Below, in pieces: positions 36,963-47,409 of a stretch of 64,000 nucleotides of DNA. The first letter of the stretch is position 1, and the number at the start of each line of letters is the position of its first letter. The position numbers were made by a program, and so were the translations under genes. The notes beneath the pieces were generated by a model. It was not told the DNA's origin and made no database searches. It worked only from the letters and a program-made list of their open reading frames with translations. Source of the stretch: Bacteroidales bacterium (GTDB lineage Bacteria > Bacteroidota > Bacteroidia > Bacteroidales > UBA12077); assembly GCA_036351015.1 (NCBI GenBank), contig JAZBOG010000013.1, positions 2,998 to 66,997 on the forward strand. Direction: 5' to 3'.

Positions 36963-38271
36963 ATTCTGCAACTTCTCCATACAGGTCAAAATCATCGGCT
37001 CTGGTAATCTTCACCTGATAGAACGAACCTACCCTCAGGATTTTGGGAGAATTTCCAATAATCACCTCATTGTCTACCTCGGGAGAATCATATTCCGTTC
37101 GGCCGATAGAATAACCTCCTTCTTTGCGGTCAATTAAAACATTTAATTTTTTGCCTATTTTATCCTGGTTTAACTGATAAGAGATCTCCTGCTGAATTTC
37201 CATCAGCTCATTTAAACGGGACTGTTTAACGGCCAGGGGGATATCATCCTTATAGTTTTTTGCCGAACGGGTATCTTCTTCTTCCGAATAGGTAAACACT
37301 CCCAGTCGTTCGAATCTGGCAAATTTAACGAAATCCAGAAGTTGCTTAAAGTCCTCGTCGGTTTCTCCGGGATGACCTACCAGCAATGTTGTACGTAAAG
37401 AAATCCCCGGGACCTCATTCCTGATTTTTTCAATTAAAGCATAGGTATCCCTGGCAGTATGCCCCCGGCGCATCATTTTAAGCAGTTTATCGCTAATATG
37501 TTGAACCGGAAGATCGAGGTATTTGCAAATATTTGGTCGGGTTTGAATTAAATGTAAAACATTTTCAGGGAATTGTGCCGGATACGCGTAATGCAATCGT
37601 AGCCATTGCACCCCCTCAAGATCTGACAATTGTTCGAGCAGTTCGGCCAGTTTAGAGGTTTGGTCAAGGTCATATCCATAATAGGATAAGTCCTGGGCGA
37701 TAAGGATCAATTCCCTGGCTCCGTTTTTTACCAGGAACCTGGCTTCGCTTACCAGTTGAGCAACCGGTTTCGATATATGCTTTCCTTTGATTAAGGGAAT
37801 GGCACAAAAGGCACATCTTCGATTACACCCTTCGGAGATTTTGAGGTAAGCATAGTGTTTGGGAGTAGTCACCTGCCGTTCATTCATGAATTCGGGCCGG
37901 TAGTTACCTCCAAGATATTCGATCAACTCTTTGTGCTGGTATACTCCAAAGAACTGATCTACGTGAGGAATCTCTTTCTCCAGCTCAGCCTTGTATCTTT
38001 CCGACAAACAACCAAAAACAATAACTTTTTCTACTTTTCGCTGATGTTTTAGCGTTTCGAACTGCAAAATCGTATCAATGGATTCTTCTTTGGCATCCTG
38101 GATAAACCCACAGGTATTAATGATGACAATTTCAGCAGGCTGGTTTACGTTATGCTTTACCGAATAACCATTCAACCCCAGTTGTTTCATCAGGTATTCT
38201 GAATCCACCAGGTTTTTGGAGCATCCCAGGGTAATTACATTGATCGTTTTAGGAAGTTTTGTTTGCATCAA
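36961..38271 (-). CDS. rimO: Ribosomal protein S12 methylthiotransferase
   Basis: It has an MTTase N-domain (TLGCSKNLVDSE), the radical-SAM motif CNRRCAFCAIP and a C-terminal TRAM domain. Confidence 0.92.
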   Translation of the reverse strand: MMQTKLPKTINVITLGCSKNLVDSEYLMKQLGLNGYSVKHNVNQPAEIVIINTCGFIQDAKEESIDTILQFETLKHQRKVEKVIVFGCLSERYKAELEKEIPHVDQFFGVYQHKELIEYLGGNYRPEFMNERQVTTPKHYAYLKISEGCNRRCAFCAIPLIKGKHISKPVAQLVSEARFLVKNGARELILIAQDLSYYGYDLDQTSKLAELLEQLSDLEGVQWLRLHYAYPAQFPENVLHLIQTRPNICKYLDLPVQHISDKLLKMMRRGHTARDTYALIEKIRNEVPGISLRTTLLVGHPGETDEDFKQLLDFVKFARFERLGVFTYSEEEDTRSAKNYKDDIPLAVKQSRLNELMEIQQEISYQLNQDKIGKKLNVLIDRKEGGYSIGRTEYDSPEVDNEVIIGNSPKILRVGSFYQVKITRADDFDLYGEVAE

Positions 38272-38298
38272 TACCTGTTTTTCAAAGTGTTTTTGGAG

Positions 38299-39249
38299 TT
38301 ATTCGGAAAAGAGAGAATCGACAAATTCTCTTTTGTTAAAAACCTGCAGGTCTTCCATTTTTTCACCAATGCCAATATATTTCACTGGAATTTTGAATTG
38401 ATCTGAGATTCCGATAACCACCCCTCCTTTGGCTGTTCCATCCAGTTTGGTAAGGGCCAGGGAGGTAACATCCGTAGCACGGGTAAACTGCCTGGCTTGT
38501 TCGAAGGCATTCTGACCGGTAGATCCATCAAGGATTAATAGTATCTCATGGGGGGCACCCGGAACGACTTTATCCATAACCTTTTTAATCTTGGAAAGTT
38601 CGTTCATCAGGTTTACTTTATTATGTAAGCGTCCGGCGGTATCGATGATGACCACATCGGCATCGTTGGCTTTTGCAGAGGAAAGGGCATCAAAAGCCAC
38701 TGAAGCGGGATCCGATCCCATCTTTTGTTTCACGATGGGTACCCCCACCCGGTCAGCCCAAATGGTCAGCTGATCAACGGCAGCGGCCCGGAAGGTATCG
38801 GCAGCTCCCAGGTAAACCTTTTTCCCCATATTTTTAAACTGATAAGCCAGTTTTCCGATGGTGGTCGTTTTCCCCACACCGTTAACACCCACAACCATAA
38901 CAACATAAGGCTTGTCAACTGAACTAAAATTTAATTCAATGTCGGAGGAGTTATTTTCTTCCAGCAAAGCAGCAATTTCCTCTTTCAGAATAATATTTAA
39001 TTCTTCGGTACCCAGGTATTTGTCCCGGGAAACACGATCTTCTATCCGTTCGATAATTTTCAGGGTAGTATCCACGCCCACGTCGGAGGTAATCAACACT
39101 TCTTCCAGGTTATCCAACACTTCATCGTCCACTTTTGATTTTCCGATCACCGCACGGGATAACTTTTTCAATACATTCTCCTTTGTTTTTTCCAGTCCTT
39201 TATCTAAGGTTTGTTTCTTCTCCTTCGAGAAAATTCCAAATGTACCCAT
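38299..39249 (-). CDS. ftsY: Signal recognition particle receptor
   Basis: It has SRP GTPase motifs GVNGVGKTTT, DTAGR and TKLD. Confidence 0.93.
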   Translation of the reverse strand: MGTFGIFSKEKKQTLDKGLEKTKENVLKKLSRAVIGKSKVDDEVLDNLEEVLITSDVGVDTTLKIIERIEDRVSRDKYLGTEELNIILKEEIAALLEENNSSDIELNFSSVDKPYVVMVVGVNGVGKTTTIGKLAYQFKNMGKKVYLGAADTFRAAAVDQLTIWADRVGVPIVKQKMGSDPASVAFDALSSAKANDADVVIIDTAGRLHNKVNLMNELSKIKKVMDKVVPGAPHEILLILDGSTGQNAFEQARQFTRATDVTSLALTKLDGTAKGGVVIGISDQFKIPVKYIGIGEKMEDLQVFNKREFVDSLFSE

Positions 39250-39372
39250 GGTTTTTCCTTTCCAAATTAATATAACACAGCCGGTAAATTTAATATAATT
39301 TGAGCATATGGCAGATATAAAAAAAGCTTTCTTAGCAAAAGAAAGCTTTTTTCATCTGAACATACGTTTGAT

Positions 39373-39525
39373 TTATTTTTTTGCAAAAAAATCTTTTATT
39401 TTTTCATTGTTGACCATTTCTTCAATGTACTGGTAGCTCCCTTTTTCGGTTTTAACCATTTTTATGCATTTGGTTAAATTTCTACCAGCTCCTGTTTGTA
39501 ATGTTGCAACTGCTTTTTTAGCCAT
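39373..39525 (-). CDS. DUF4295-like small protein (50 aa), absent from the ORF track
   Basis: I translated it by hand as MAKKAVATLQTGAGRNLTKCIKMVKTEKGSYQYIEEMVNNEKIKDFFAKK. Its position directly downstream of rpmG is the conserved Bacteroidota arrangement. Confidence 0.7.
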   Translation of the reverse strand: MAKKAVATLQTGAGRNLTKCIKMVKTEKGSYQYIEEMVNNEKIKDFFAKK

Positions 39526-39532
39526 AATTCAA

Positions 39533-39715
39533 TTATTTTATTTCTTTATGAACGGTTACTTTCTTGAGTATTGGATTGTACTTTTTTAGTTCAAGTCGTT
39601 CCGATGTATTTTTCTTGTTCTTAGTAGTTATATATCTTGACGTTCCTGGTTGACCTGAATCTTTGTGTTCTGTGCATTCCAGAATAACCTGTACTCTGTT
39701 TCCTTTTTTTGCCAT
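39533..39715 (-). CDS. rpmG: 50S ribosomal protein L33
   Basis: [18 protein letters not shown]...YITTKNKKN...LELKKYNP matches L33. Confidence 0.95.
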   Translation of the reverse strand: MAKKGNRVQVILECTEHKDSGQPGTSRYITTKNKKNTSERLELKKYNPILKKVTVHKEIK

Positions 39716-39731
39716 AATCTACTCCCCCTTT

Positions 39732-39974
39732 TTAATACTTGTTAATATAACCTTTTTCCTTTGCTTTTTCCAAAGCAGCTTTCAAACCAATTTTATTGAT
39801 TGTTCGAATAGCAGAAACCGAAACTTTCAAAGTTATCCAACGATCTTCTTCTTCAAAATAGAATTTTTTTGTCAATAAATTTGGATAAAATTTTCGTTTA
39901 GTTCTCCTCTTGGAGTGGGAAACATTATTCCCAACCATTACCTTTTTTCCTGTAATTTGACAGATTCGTGACAT
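39732..39974 (-). CDS. rpmB: 50S ribosomal protein L28
   Basis: [33 protein letters not shown] matches L28. Confidence 0.95.
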   Translation of the reverse strand: MSRICQITGKKVMVGNNVSHSKRRTKRKFYPNLLTKKFYFEEEDRWITLKVSVSAIRTINKIGLKAALEKAKEKGYINKY

Positions 39975-40083
39975 TTTTATCTAATTTTTTATCGTATTCT
40001 AAAAACAGATCGCAAAATACGTGATTTTTATTTAATTATTCAAATATATTGACAATTATTTTTAAAAAAAAACAGTATTTTTT

Positions 40084-41319
40084 TTATACGAGTAATTTTC
40101 GGAGCATATTGATTGCAGTTAATGATGCCCGCTGGATATTTCGATCCCGTTGGTCTCCGAAAACGTATCCGGCCGAAACGATGTTATTCTTCGTGGCAAC
40201 GGCAATCCAGGTCGTCCCTACGGGTTTCTCCAGGCTTCCTCCGCCAGGACCGGCTATACCTGAAGTTGCAATGGCAAAGTCTGTATCATAGCATTTTAAA
40301 ATTCCCCGGGCCATCTCTTCAACAACCTGTTTACTTACAGCACCGTAAGTTTCTATATTTCTTTTACTTACACCTAAGATTTTCTCTTTAATTTCATTGG
40401 AATAGGCAACCACCCCTCCCTTAAAATATGCCGAACTTCCGGAAACAGAGGTAATTAACCTGCTGATATTTCCTCCGGTACAGCTTTCCGCCACACTTAG
40501 GGTATAATGCTGTTGTTTCAACAGATTCCCTGCAATCACCTCCAGCCGGTCTTCGTCGAAGCCACAAAGGTATTCCGGGATAATTCCTTGCAGTTCGGCT
40601 AATTTCTCATGAATATTCTTTTCGAAATCTTCCCGGTTCGTTCCTGTTGCCGTTATCCTTAATTTAATAATCCCCGGAGATGGTAAATAAGCGAGGGCCC
40701 AATGATGAGGTAATTCCCTTTCCCATTTTTCCAGGATCTCTGCTAATTTGGATTCGGGTACTCCCTGGGTTAAAATGATTTTATGAAATATCGGGGAGCC
40801 ATCATTTCTGAGCTGCAATTCGCGGAGAATATGACGATTCATCATTTCTTTCATTTCAAAAGGTACCCCGGGCATTGAAATTACAATCCTTCCCTGATCT
40901 TCGAACCACATGCCGGGAGCAGTGCCTATGGTATTGGGAATGACCCGGCAGTTTTCAGGCACCAGTGCCTGTTCTATATTTCGCTGGTTCAGTTCAGCAT
41001 TTCGTTTAAGTAAAAAGGTCCTGATATTATCCAGCACTGCATCATTCGTCACCAGCTTTACTCCAAAATACTCTGCCAGCGCTTTTTTGGTGATATCATC
41101 ATTGGTGGGGCCTAATCCTCCGGTAAAAAGCACCAGGTCGGTGGAGGGGTCAACCTGATCTAATGCTTTAAATATAGAGCTCTTTTGATCTGATATTGAA
41201 ATTATTTTACAAATATTAATTCCAGATAAATTCAGCTGGTTGGCAATCCAGGATGCATTGGTATCGACAATTTGTCCGATCAGGAGTTCATCACCAATGG
41301 TTATTATTTCAGCATTCAT
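40084..41319 (-). CDS. cinA: CinA family protein (MoCF-binding domain + nicotinamide-nucleotide amidohydrolase PncC domain)
   Basis: The N-terminus has IITIGDELLIGQIVDTN...TGGLGPTNDDITK. The C-terminal CinA domain has SVAESCTGG...ATSGIAGPGGG. Confidence 0.9.
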   Translation of the reverse strand: MNAEIITIGDELLIGQIVDTNASWIANQLNLSGINICKIISISDQKSSIFKALDQVDPSTDLVLFTGGLGPTNDDITKKALAEYFGVKLVTNDAVLDNIRTFLLKRNAELNQRNIEQALVPENCRVIPNTIGTAPGMWFEDQGRIVISMPGVPFEMKEMMNRHILRELQLRNDGSPIFHKIILTQGVPESKLAEILEKWERELPHHWALAYLPSPGIIKLRITATGTNREDFEKNIHEKLAELQGIIPEYLCGFDEDRLEVIAGNLLKQQHYTLSVAESCTGGNISRLITSVSGSSAYFKGGVVAYSNEIKEKILGVSKRNIETYGAVSKQVVEEMARGILKCYDTDFAIATSGIAGPGGGSLEKPVGTTWIAVATKNNIVSAGYVFGDQRDRNIQRASLTAINMLRKLLV

Positions 41320-42605
41320 AACAATTTTCGGTTAACTTGTTCAATAAACTGCAATCGCTTCAACAGAGGAGGGTGAGAATAATGGACAAAAACATATACG
41401 GGATGCGGGGTGAGGTTGGATAAATTATTGACCGAAAGGTTTTTCAGGGCATCCTGGAGTAACCGTCCATCAAAATGCAGGGCTGCAAAACGGTCTGCTG
41501 CATATTCATTTTTACGGGAGACCCTGTTCATGAACAACCCGGTAAGGGTTGAAATAGGGCTGTAAAGAAATCCAAAGGCCACGAGTCCCAGGTGGAAACT
41601 TGCCTCATGGGCTCCCAGGGCTCTGGATAAAACAGGGTTATTGATAAAGAGGGATAAGATGTAGAAGGTAATACCGGTTTGCAAAATGGACGCAAAAACA
41701 GCCATAAAGGTATGTTTTTTCTTGTAATGTCCAATTTCGTGGGCAAGGACAGCTACAATCTCTTCCGGAGATAATTTATCGATCAAGGTATCGAACAATA
41801 CGATTTTTTTCTTTTTTCCCAGGCCGCTAAAAAAGGCATTGGCTTTACTGCTTCGTTTTGAGCCATCCATGATATATACATTTTCAAGCCGGAAATCAAC
41901 CTTCTCACAGAACTGAGTAATCTGTTTTTTCAACTCCCCATCCTCCAAAGGCCTGAGTTTATTAAATAGGGGTAAAAGCAAGGAGGTGTAAAACATGGTC
42001 ATAAAAATCATGAAAAGACTAACAGCCAGCCATCCATAAATCCAGAATACCGGACCGGTTTGTTGATAAAACCAGATTATTAAAGCCAAAAGACCACCTC
42101 CTAAAACAGCCATGATGAACCAGCTTTTAAGTTTATCTGTGACAAAAAGGCCGGGGGTAGTTTTGTTAAACCCAAACTTTTCTTCAATCACAAAAGTATC
42201 ATAAATACTGAAGGGTGTATTAATGATATCCGATGCAAACATGATGATTCCAAAAAATACAAGTGCAGTCAGGACTGAGTTCGAGGTAACGGACCGGGCG
42301 ATTTCGTCCACCCAGGCAAATCCTGACAAGAACAGAAAACCTAAAAGGATGAGCAAGTTAACAGTGCTTGTCACCACCGAAAACCGGTGATTGGCTTTTT
42401 CATACTCCTGGGATTGTCTGTATTTCTCCTTGTTGTAAATACCTGTAAGTTCTTTGGGTAATTTTACATTTCTATGGGTAGCATTTAAATAATTCAACCA
42501 TTGATCCAAAATATAATCAACGATTAAGATGCCAACAATTATGTAGAATAGCGTTTGATGCATCATCAATAGATTTGAGATTTTCCTGAGGCCCAAAATT
42601 AACAA
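41316..42605 (-). CDS. M48 family (Ste24-like) zinc metallopeptidase
   Basis: It is polytopic, with HEIGH followed by downstream E/NEYxAD. The true start may be the internal Met pair at about 42563-42566. Confidence 0.85.
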   Translation of the reverse strand: MLILGLRKISNLLMMHQTLFYIIVGILIVDYILDQWLNYLNATHRNVKLPKELTGIYNKEKYRQSQEYEKANHRFSVVTSTVNLLILLGFLFLSGFAWVDEIARSVTSNSVLTALVFFGIIMFASDIINTPFSIYDTFVIEEKFGFNKTTPGLFVTDKLKSWFIMAVLGGGLLALIIWFYQQTGPVFWIYGWLAVSLFMIFMTMFYTSLLLPLFNKLRPLEDGELKKQITQFCEKVDFRLENVYIMDGSKRSSKANAFFSGLGKKKKIVLFDTLIDKLSPEEIVAVLAHEIGHYKKKHTFMAVFASILQTGITFYILSLFINNPVLSRALGAHEASFHLGLVAFGFLYSPISTLTGLFMNRVSRKNEYAADRFAALHFDGRLLQDALKNLSVNNLSNLTPHPVYVFVHYSHPPLLKRLQFIEQVNRKLL

Positions 42606-42632
42606 AAAAGTACAAAGAAAGGAACTTTAAGA

Positions 42633-43622
42633 TCAGAGTTGCTGTTGAAGTTGCTGAAGCTCATCTTTTCTTTGTTGTAGAATATAGATGTACTCTTTGG
42701 TTCTTGATTTCTTTTTAATTACATAGGACCGGGCTGCATATTTCAGGGCCAGGTCAAGCTTGCCGAGCATCTCGCTGGCCACAGCCATATTATAGTTTGC
42801 CCTGCTTGCCAGTTCGCGATCCTGATCCTGAATATACTTATCCCATAATTCTGCGGCTTCCAGCCATTGATGTTCCTCTGCCAGTTCGGCTGCTTTTTCA
42901 AAATCCTCATTTCCGGAAACGAAATATTGCCTGGTTTCCAACTGCCACCGGGGAAAAATCCGGTTTGCATAATCATAAGCTGCAAAATAACTGACTTCCC
43001 GAATAGATTGCTCCAGGGAAGGTAACTGGCTTTTCAGTTTGTTCAGCGTATACGCAGTAGCATCCCAGAATAACGTGTCGGTATAGGTATACTGATCAAT
43101 CATTTTTTCATTTGGCAGGTCAAATACTTTCAAGTAAGCCTGAACGGCAATTTCCCGGTAAGCATAATACTCCGGAACATCATACCCTCCAATAATGAAC
43201 TGATCACTTTCCATGGAAAGGTTTAATGAATCAAGGACAATAAACAGATCGGCATGATTCCCGGAAATATTTTTTAAATATCGCCAGTTAATGGCTGACT
43301 GGATATAAAAATGGTTGTTGCTGGGATATCCTTTTACATATAAAAAATCAGAGGAATCAATCATTGCTGCAGTATAGCTTGCATCTCTAAAACCCAGGGC
43401 CATTTCGCTGGTAATTAACTTATACAGGATGGTATCAATCTCCCCATCGTTATTGATATCATTTTCTAAATTGATAAAAGCTATTTTATTAAAATCTCCG
43501 GGGAAATTTATTTCCGAGGGTTTCATGGTTTCTATGGAGAGGGTTTTCAACTGTGGAGTGCAATTTTGCAGGAAAAATGAGAGTATTATAATAACAAGTA
43601 AAAATCTTCTGTTCGTTTTCAT
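42633..43622 (-). CDS. Lipoprotein with C-terminal TPR-like helices, unknown function
   Basis: It has a signal plus lipobox-like sequence (FFLQNCT) and a helical C-terminus (WLEAAELWDKY...ANYNMAVASEMLGKLDLALKYA). Confidence 0.6.
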   Translation of the reverse strand: MKTNRRFLLVIIILSFFLQNCTPQLKTLSIETMKPSEINFPGDFNKIAFINLENDINNDGEIDTILYKLITSEMALGFRDASYTAAMIDSSDFLYVKGYPSNNHFYIQSAINWRYLKNISGNHADLFIVLDSLNLSMESDQFIIGGYDVPEYYAYREIAVQAYLKVFDLPNEKMIDQYTYTDTLFWDATAYTLNKLKSQLPSLEQSIREVSYFAAYDYANRIFPRWQLETRQYFVSGNEDFEKAAELAEEHQWLEAAELWDKYIQDQDRELASRANYNMAVASEMLGKLDLALKYAARSYVIKKKSRTKEYIYILQQRKDELQQLQQQL

Positions 43623-43773
43623 GTTTTAAAGTTCGATTAATACTTAATAAATACAAAATAAGTGCCAAAATTGTTTGTTTCGGGGACTATTTTTCTATGT
43701 CATAATACTGAAATGTGAAAAAAAAGCACTTACAAAAGGGATAAGTGCTTATAAAACGTTTGTTTTCTATTCA

Positions 43774-44520
43774 TCAGGTTTGCATGGCACCGCAAACATT
43801 TATTACCTGACCACTAACATATGCGGAGAGGTCAGAAGCTAAAAAGAGGGTGGTATTGGCAACATCTTCGGGTGTCCCTCCGCGTCGTAAGGGAATTTTT
43901 TGTTCCCACTCTTTACGGACTTCTTCCGACAGTTTAGCCGTCATTTCGGTAATGATGAATCCGGGAGCAATGGCATTGCAGCGAATATTGCGGGATCCCA
44001 CTTCTTTGGCTACAGATTTGGTAAACCCGATAATTCCTGCTTTGGATGCTGAATAATTGGCTTGTCCTGCATTACCTGCAACCCCAACTACAGAACTCAT
44101 GTTAATAATACTACCAGACTTTTGTTTCAACATATATTTCTGGGCTGCTTTGGTAAAATTAAAAACAGATTTTAAATTCACCTGAATCACTGCATCCCAT
44201 TGTTGCTCTGTCATTCGCATAAGGAGCGTATCCTGGGTGATCCCTGCATTATTAACCAGGATATCTATACTTCCAAATTCTTTCTGAATTTGATCTACAA
44301 TTTCCTGTGTTTCTTCAAATTTACTGGCATCGGATGCATACCCTTTTGCTTTTACACCCAGGGCAGCAATTTCTTTTTCCACTTCCCGGGCTGCTTCATT
44401 GTACTGCAAATCTGTAAATGCAAGGTTTGCTCCATGTTCAGCAAGTTTTAAGGCAATGGCCTTACCTATACCCCTTGCTGCACCAGTTACTATTGCGGTT
44501 TTACCTTCCAATAATTTCAT
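43774..44520 (-). CDS. fabG: 3-oxoacyl-[ACP] reductase
   Basis: It has the SDR motifs TGAARGIG, NNAG and YSASKAG, with a full-length FabG-like pattern. Confidence 0.9.
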   Translation of the reverse strand: MKLLEGKTAIVTGAARGIGKAIALKLAEHGANLAFTDLQYNEAAREVEKEIAALGVKAKGYASDASKFEETQEIVDQIQKEFGSIDILVNNAGITQDTLLMRMTEQQWDAVIQVNLKSVFNFTKAAQKYMLKQKSGSIINMSSVVGVAGNAGQANYSASKAGIIGFTKSVAKEVGSRNIRCNAIAPGFIITEMTAKLSEEVRKEWEQKIPLRRGGTPEDVANTTLFLASDLSAYVSGQVINVCGAMQT

Positions 44521-45289
44521 ACATTCAAAATTTAAGGGTTTAACGTCGATAAAAAAACAAAAATAATTAAAGTAAATGTATTAATTGATAAAAAGCGGGA
44601 GAAAGTACACTTTTTTATACCTTAAGAACGAGTAATCCCCAAATAATATGTTCACAAATGTAATATTCATTTATTTTTTAATATTTTATTTACAAATGTA
44701 ACCTCCCCGATTCTATTTTTCGTTTTGTCTGGTAGAACAATCATTCTAAAATATTTTATTGATCATTTAATCAGTTACTTATAGGATTCAACTAAAGTGA
44801 TTTTTTATCTATTTAAGGTTATTTGCCCGGATATTGGAAAAAAACACATCACATTTAATTTTAAGATACTGATAACCAATATTTTTTATTTATTAACTTA
44901 AGTATAACATTAAAATATCGATTAATCCAGACCTGTTTGTTCGGTTACCTTTTGCCTTTTGCTGTTAGCCATCTATAATTCCCTTTTCCTTAAGCTATAC
45001 ACGTTATGCAGCCGGAATGACAAGAAAACACAACAGGTTTGCCTGCAATTTTCTCAGAATTTTACTTTAAACCGTAGCATTTTTCCTTTATCGTTTATTG
45101 CAAAAGCACTTTACTAATCTCGAAAAGGGATTCGTGGGGAATAAATTAAATAAGGAGGAGATGATCCGGAAAAACGACATTTAATCTAACTCATTGAATT
45201 GAATAGAATCCCATAAAATAGGATTTTAAACCTGTCAATATCAGCTATAGCTAAAAAAATCTACAAACATTATTCAATCAGGATGATTG

Positions 45290-45358
45290 TTACATTTGTC
45301 AATTGAAAGATTTACATTTGTAAATACATTTGTCAAATTTTTATATTACATTTGTAAA
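45290..45358 (+). promoter_or_regulatory. Four tandem copies of (T/A)TACATTTGT(C/A)AA immediately upstream of the XRE regulator gene
   Basis: Copies lie at 45290-45302, 45312-45324, 45325-45337 and 45346-45358. Each contains TACATTTG (TAnnTTTG). The TTACA-TT-TGTAA copies are perfect palindromes. Confidence 0.55.
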
Positions 45359-45384
45359 TACTCTTTTTAAGACAGACATTAATC

Positions 45385-45792
45385 ATGCGAGAAAGAATTT
45401 TAGCCTTTTTAAAAGAGAACCAGCTATCGGCAACCCGGTTTGCAGATACCATCGGTGTTCAGCGGTCCAGTATATCTCACCTGCTTTCCGGACGCAATAA
45501 ACCCAGTTTCGATTTTATTGAAAAAACTCTTCTAGCCTACCCTGAGCTTAATGCTCAATGGTTAATCACGGGAAAAGGAGAAATGTATACTCATCAAAAA
45601 ACAATCTTTGACCAGGAACATCTCCCCACAAAATCTGCCGAAAAATTATCTCCTCGAGAATCGAATATTCAAACCGAATCCGGAGATAAGGACGAAGTAA
45701 AAAAACCTGAGGAGGATAATAAATACAACGAAAAAATTGAACGAATCGTTCTTTTTTATCGTAGTGGAAAATTTCAGGAATATAAACCTTAA
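45385..45792 (+). CDS. XRE-family helix-turn-helix transcriptional regulator
   Basis: LSATRFADTIGVQRSSISHLLSGRNKPSFDFIEKTL is a Cro/C1-type HTH. The C-terminal tail is acidic/basic and low in complexity. Confidence 0.8.
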   Translation: MRERILAFLKENQLSATRFADTIGVQRSSISHLLSGRNKPSFDFIEKTLLAYPELNAQWLITGKGEMYTHQKTIFDQEHLPTKSAEKLSPRESNIQTESGDKDEVKKPEEDNKYNEKIERIVLFYRSGKFQEYKP

Positions 45793-45832
45793 ATTATCCA
45801 ATAAAACTATATTATCTTTGTATAAAAATTCC

Positions 45833-46885
45833 ATGTATAAAAATATTATCCGTCCCATTCTTTTCCTGTTAAAGCCTGAACCAATCCATCATTTAATTGT
45901 ATTTATCCTTCGGGTATTTTTCAAAATTCCTGGTGTTAAAGCTGTCCTAAAACGCAGATATATCCTAAAAGACCCCCGATTAAAGCGTTCTTTCCTTGGT
46001 CTGGAATTTTCAAATCCTGTAGGTTTTGCAGCAGGTTTTGATAAAAATGCTGAAGTATTCAGTGAATTTTCCACGTTTGGTTTCTCTTTTATAGAAATCG
46101 GTACGGTAACCCCCAAAGCCCAGCCGGGCAATCCTAAACCCCGATCATTCCGAATCCCTGATGACCAGGGATTAATTAATCGTATGGGATTTAATAATAA
46201 AGGTGTTGATTATGCCACTCAAAAATTAAAAAAGAAACAACGAAAGATCATTATTGGAGGAAACCTGGGAAAAAATACACTAACCCCGAATGAAGAAGCC
46301 CTCCACGATTATATTTATGGTTTTGAAAAGTTATATCCATATGTAGATTATCTCGTGGTCAATTTGAGTTGTCCCAATATTAAAGATCTCGATAAACTGC
46401 AGGATAAGGATTCCACGCTTGCCATTCTTCATCAATTAAGCAGTATCCGACAAACAAAGAAGACTTACAAACCCATACTGTTAAAAATTTCTCCCGACTT
46501 AACTGATGAACAATTGGATGATGTGGTAGAAACCTATCACAGGACGTCTATCGATGGAGTTGTGGCAACCAATACCACACGATCCAGGGAAAATTTAAAA
46601 ACCAAAGCCGAAAAAATTCAGCAGATTGGTGATGGAGGACTTAGCGGAGCTCCATTATCCCAGCGTTCGACAGAAATTATCAGGTATCTTCATAAAAAAT
46701 CAAAGGGAAAGATGCCCATCATCGGTGTTGGAGGGATCATGACGGTTAAAGATGCCCTGGAAAAACTGGACGCCGGAGCAACCTTAATTCAGGTATATAC
46801 CGGATTTATCTACCAGGGGCCGGCCTTTGTAAAGAAAATCAATCAGGCTATTCTCAAGAATTCATTGGACCGTTTGCCAGGATAA
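45833..46885 (+). CDS. pyrD: Dihydroorotate dehydrogenase (quinone), class 2
   Basis: It has GLEFSNPVGFAAGFDKN, IEIGTVTP, NLSCPN and GVGGI. I placed the start at MYKNIIRPILF; the track ORF start at 45737 overlaps the upstream gene. Confidence 0.92.
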   Translation: MYKNIIRPILFLLKPEPIHHLIVFILRVFFKIPGVKAVLKRRYILKDPRLKRSFLGLEFSNPVGFAAGFDKNAEVFSEFSTFGFSFIEIGTVTPKAQPGNPKPRSFRIPDDQGLINRMGFNNKGVDYATQKLKKKQRKIIIGGNLGKNTLTPNEEALHDYIYGFEKLYPYVDYLVVNLSCPNIKDLDKLQDKDSTLAILHQLSSIRQTKKTYKPILLKISPDLTDEQLDDVVETYHRTSIDGVVATNTTRSRENLKTKAEKIQQIGDGGLSGAPLSQRSTEIIRYLHKKSKGKMPIIGVGGIMTVKDALEKLDAGATLIQVYTGFIYQGPAFVKKINQAILKNSLDRLPG

Positions 46886-46991
46886 AAGCAGATTTTTCTC
46901 TTTTCTGTTAGAGGGATCCAGCAGGTAAACTTCTCGCCCCTCTCTGAAAGGGACAAAAAAAAGCCTGGCTTTTGGCAGGCTTTTTTTCAGG

Positions 46992-47064
46992 TGACCCAGC
47001 AGGGGCTCGAACCCTGGACCCCATCCTTAAAAGGGATGTGCTCTACCAGCTGAGCTACTGAGTC
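46992..47064 (-). tRNA. tRNA-Lys (anticodon UUU)
   Basis: The reverse complement GACTCAG-TA-GCTC-AGCTGGTA-GAGC-A-CATCC-CTTTTAA-GGATG-GGGTC-CAGGG-TTCGAGC-CCCTG-CTGGGTC-A folds as a 73-nt cloverleaf. No CCA is encoded. A TAGTTTTG box lies upstream (forward 47082-47089). Confidence 0.9.
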
Positions 47065-47409
47065 GGTTAAAATTGCGTTTGCAAAACTAATACCTTAATT
47101 CTTAAAATCAAATTTTCACACCAAAAAAATTTAAAAAATTTTTTAATTGTAAATATTTTCTTTAATTAAACACCCAAAATGCACTAATTTATAACATCTT
47201 ACTGGAATTCTTTACATTTACAGAACCCAAAACTTTTCCCTCACCTTTTTTTGAGATAGACCCAGCAGGTAAACTTCCCGTCTCTCTGTCAGGTTTTTAC
47301 GTGACCCAGCAGGGGCTTCCCGACACAACTCCCGTTGGTCGGGATAAACTTCTCGCCCCTCTCTGAAAGGGACAAAAAAAAGCCTGGCTTTTGGCAGGCT
47401 TTTTTCAGG

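Noticed and set aside
45161-45184. A tiny ORF (MIRKNDI) preceded by AAGGAGG in the fabG-XRE intergenic region.
   Set aside because: Seven codons is too short to support. Shine-Dalgarno usage is weak in Bacteroidota, so the match is likely fortuitous.
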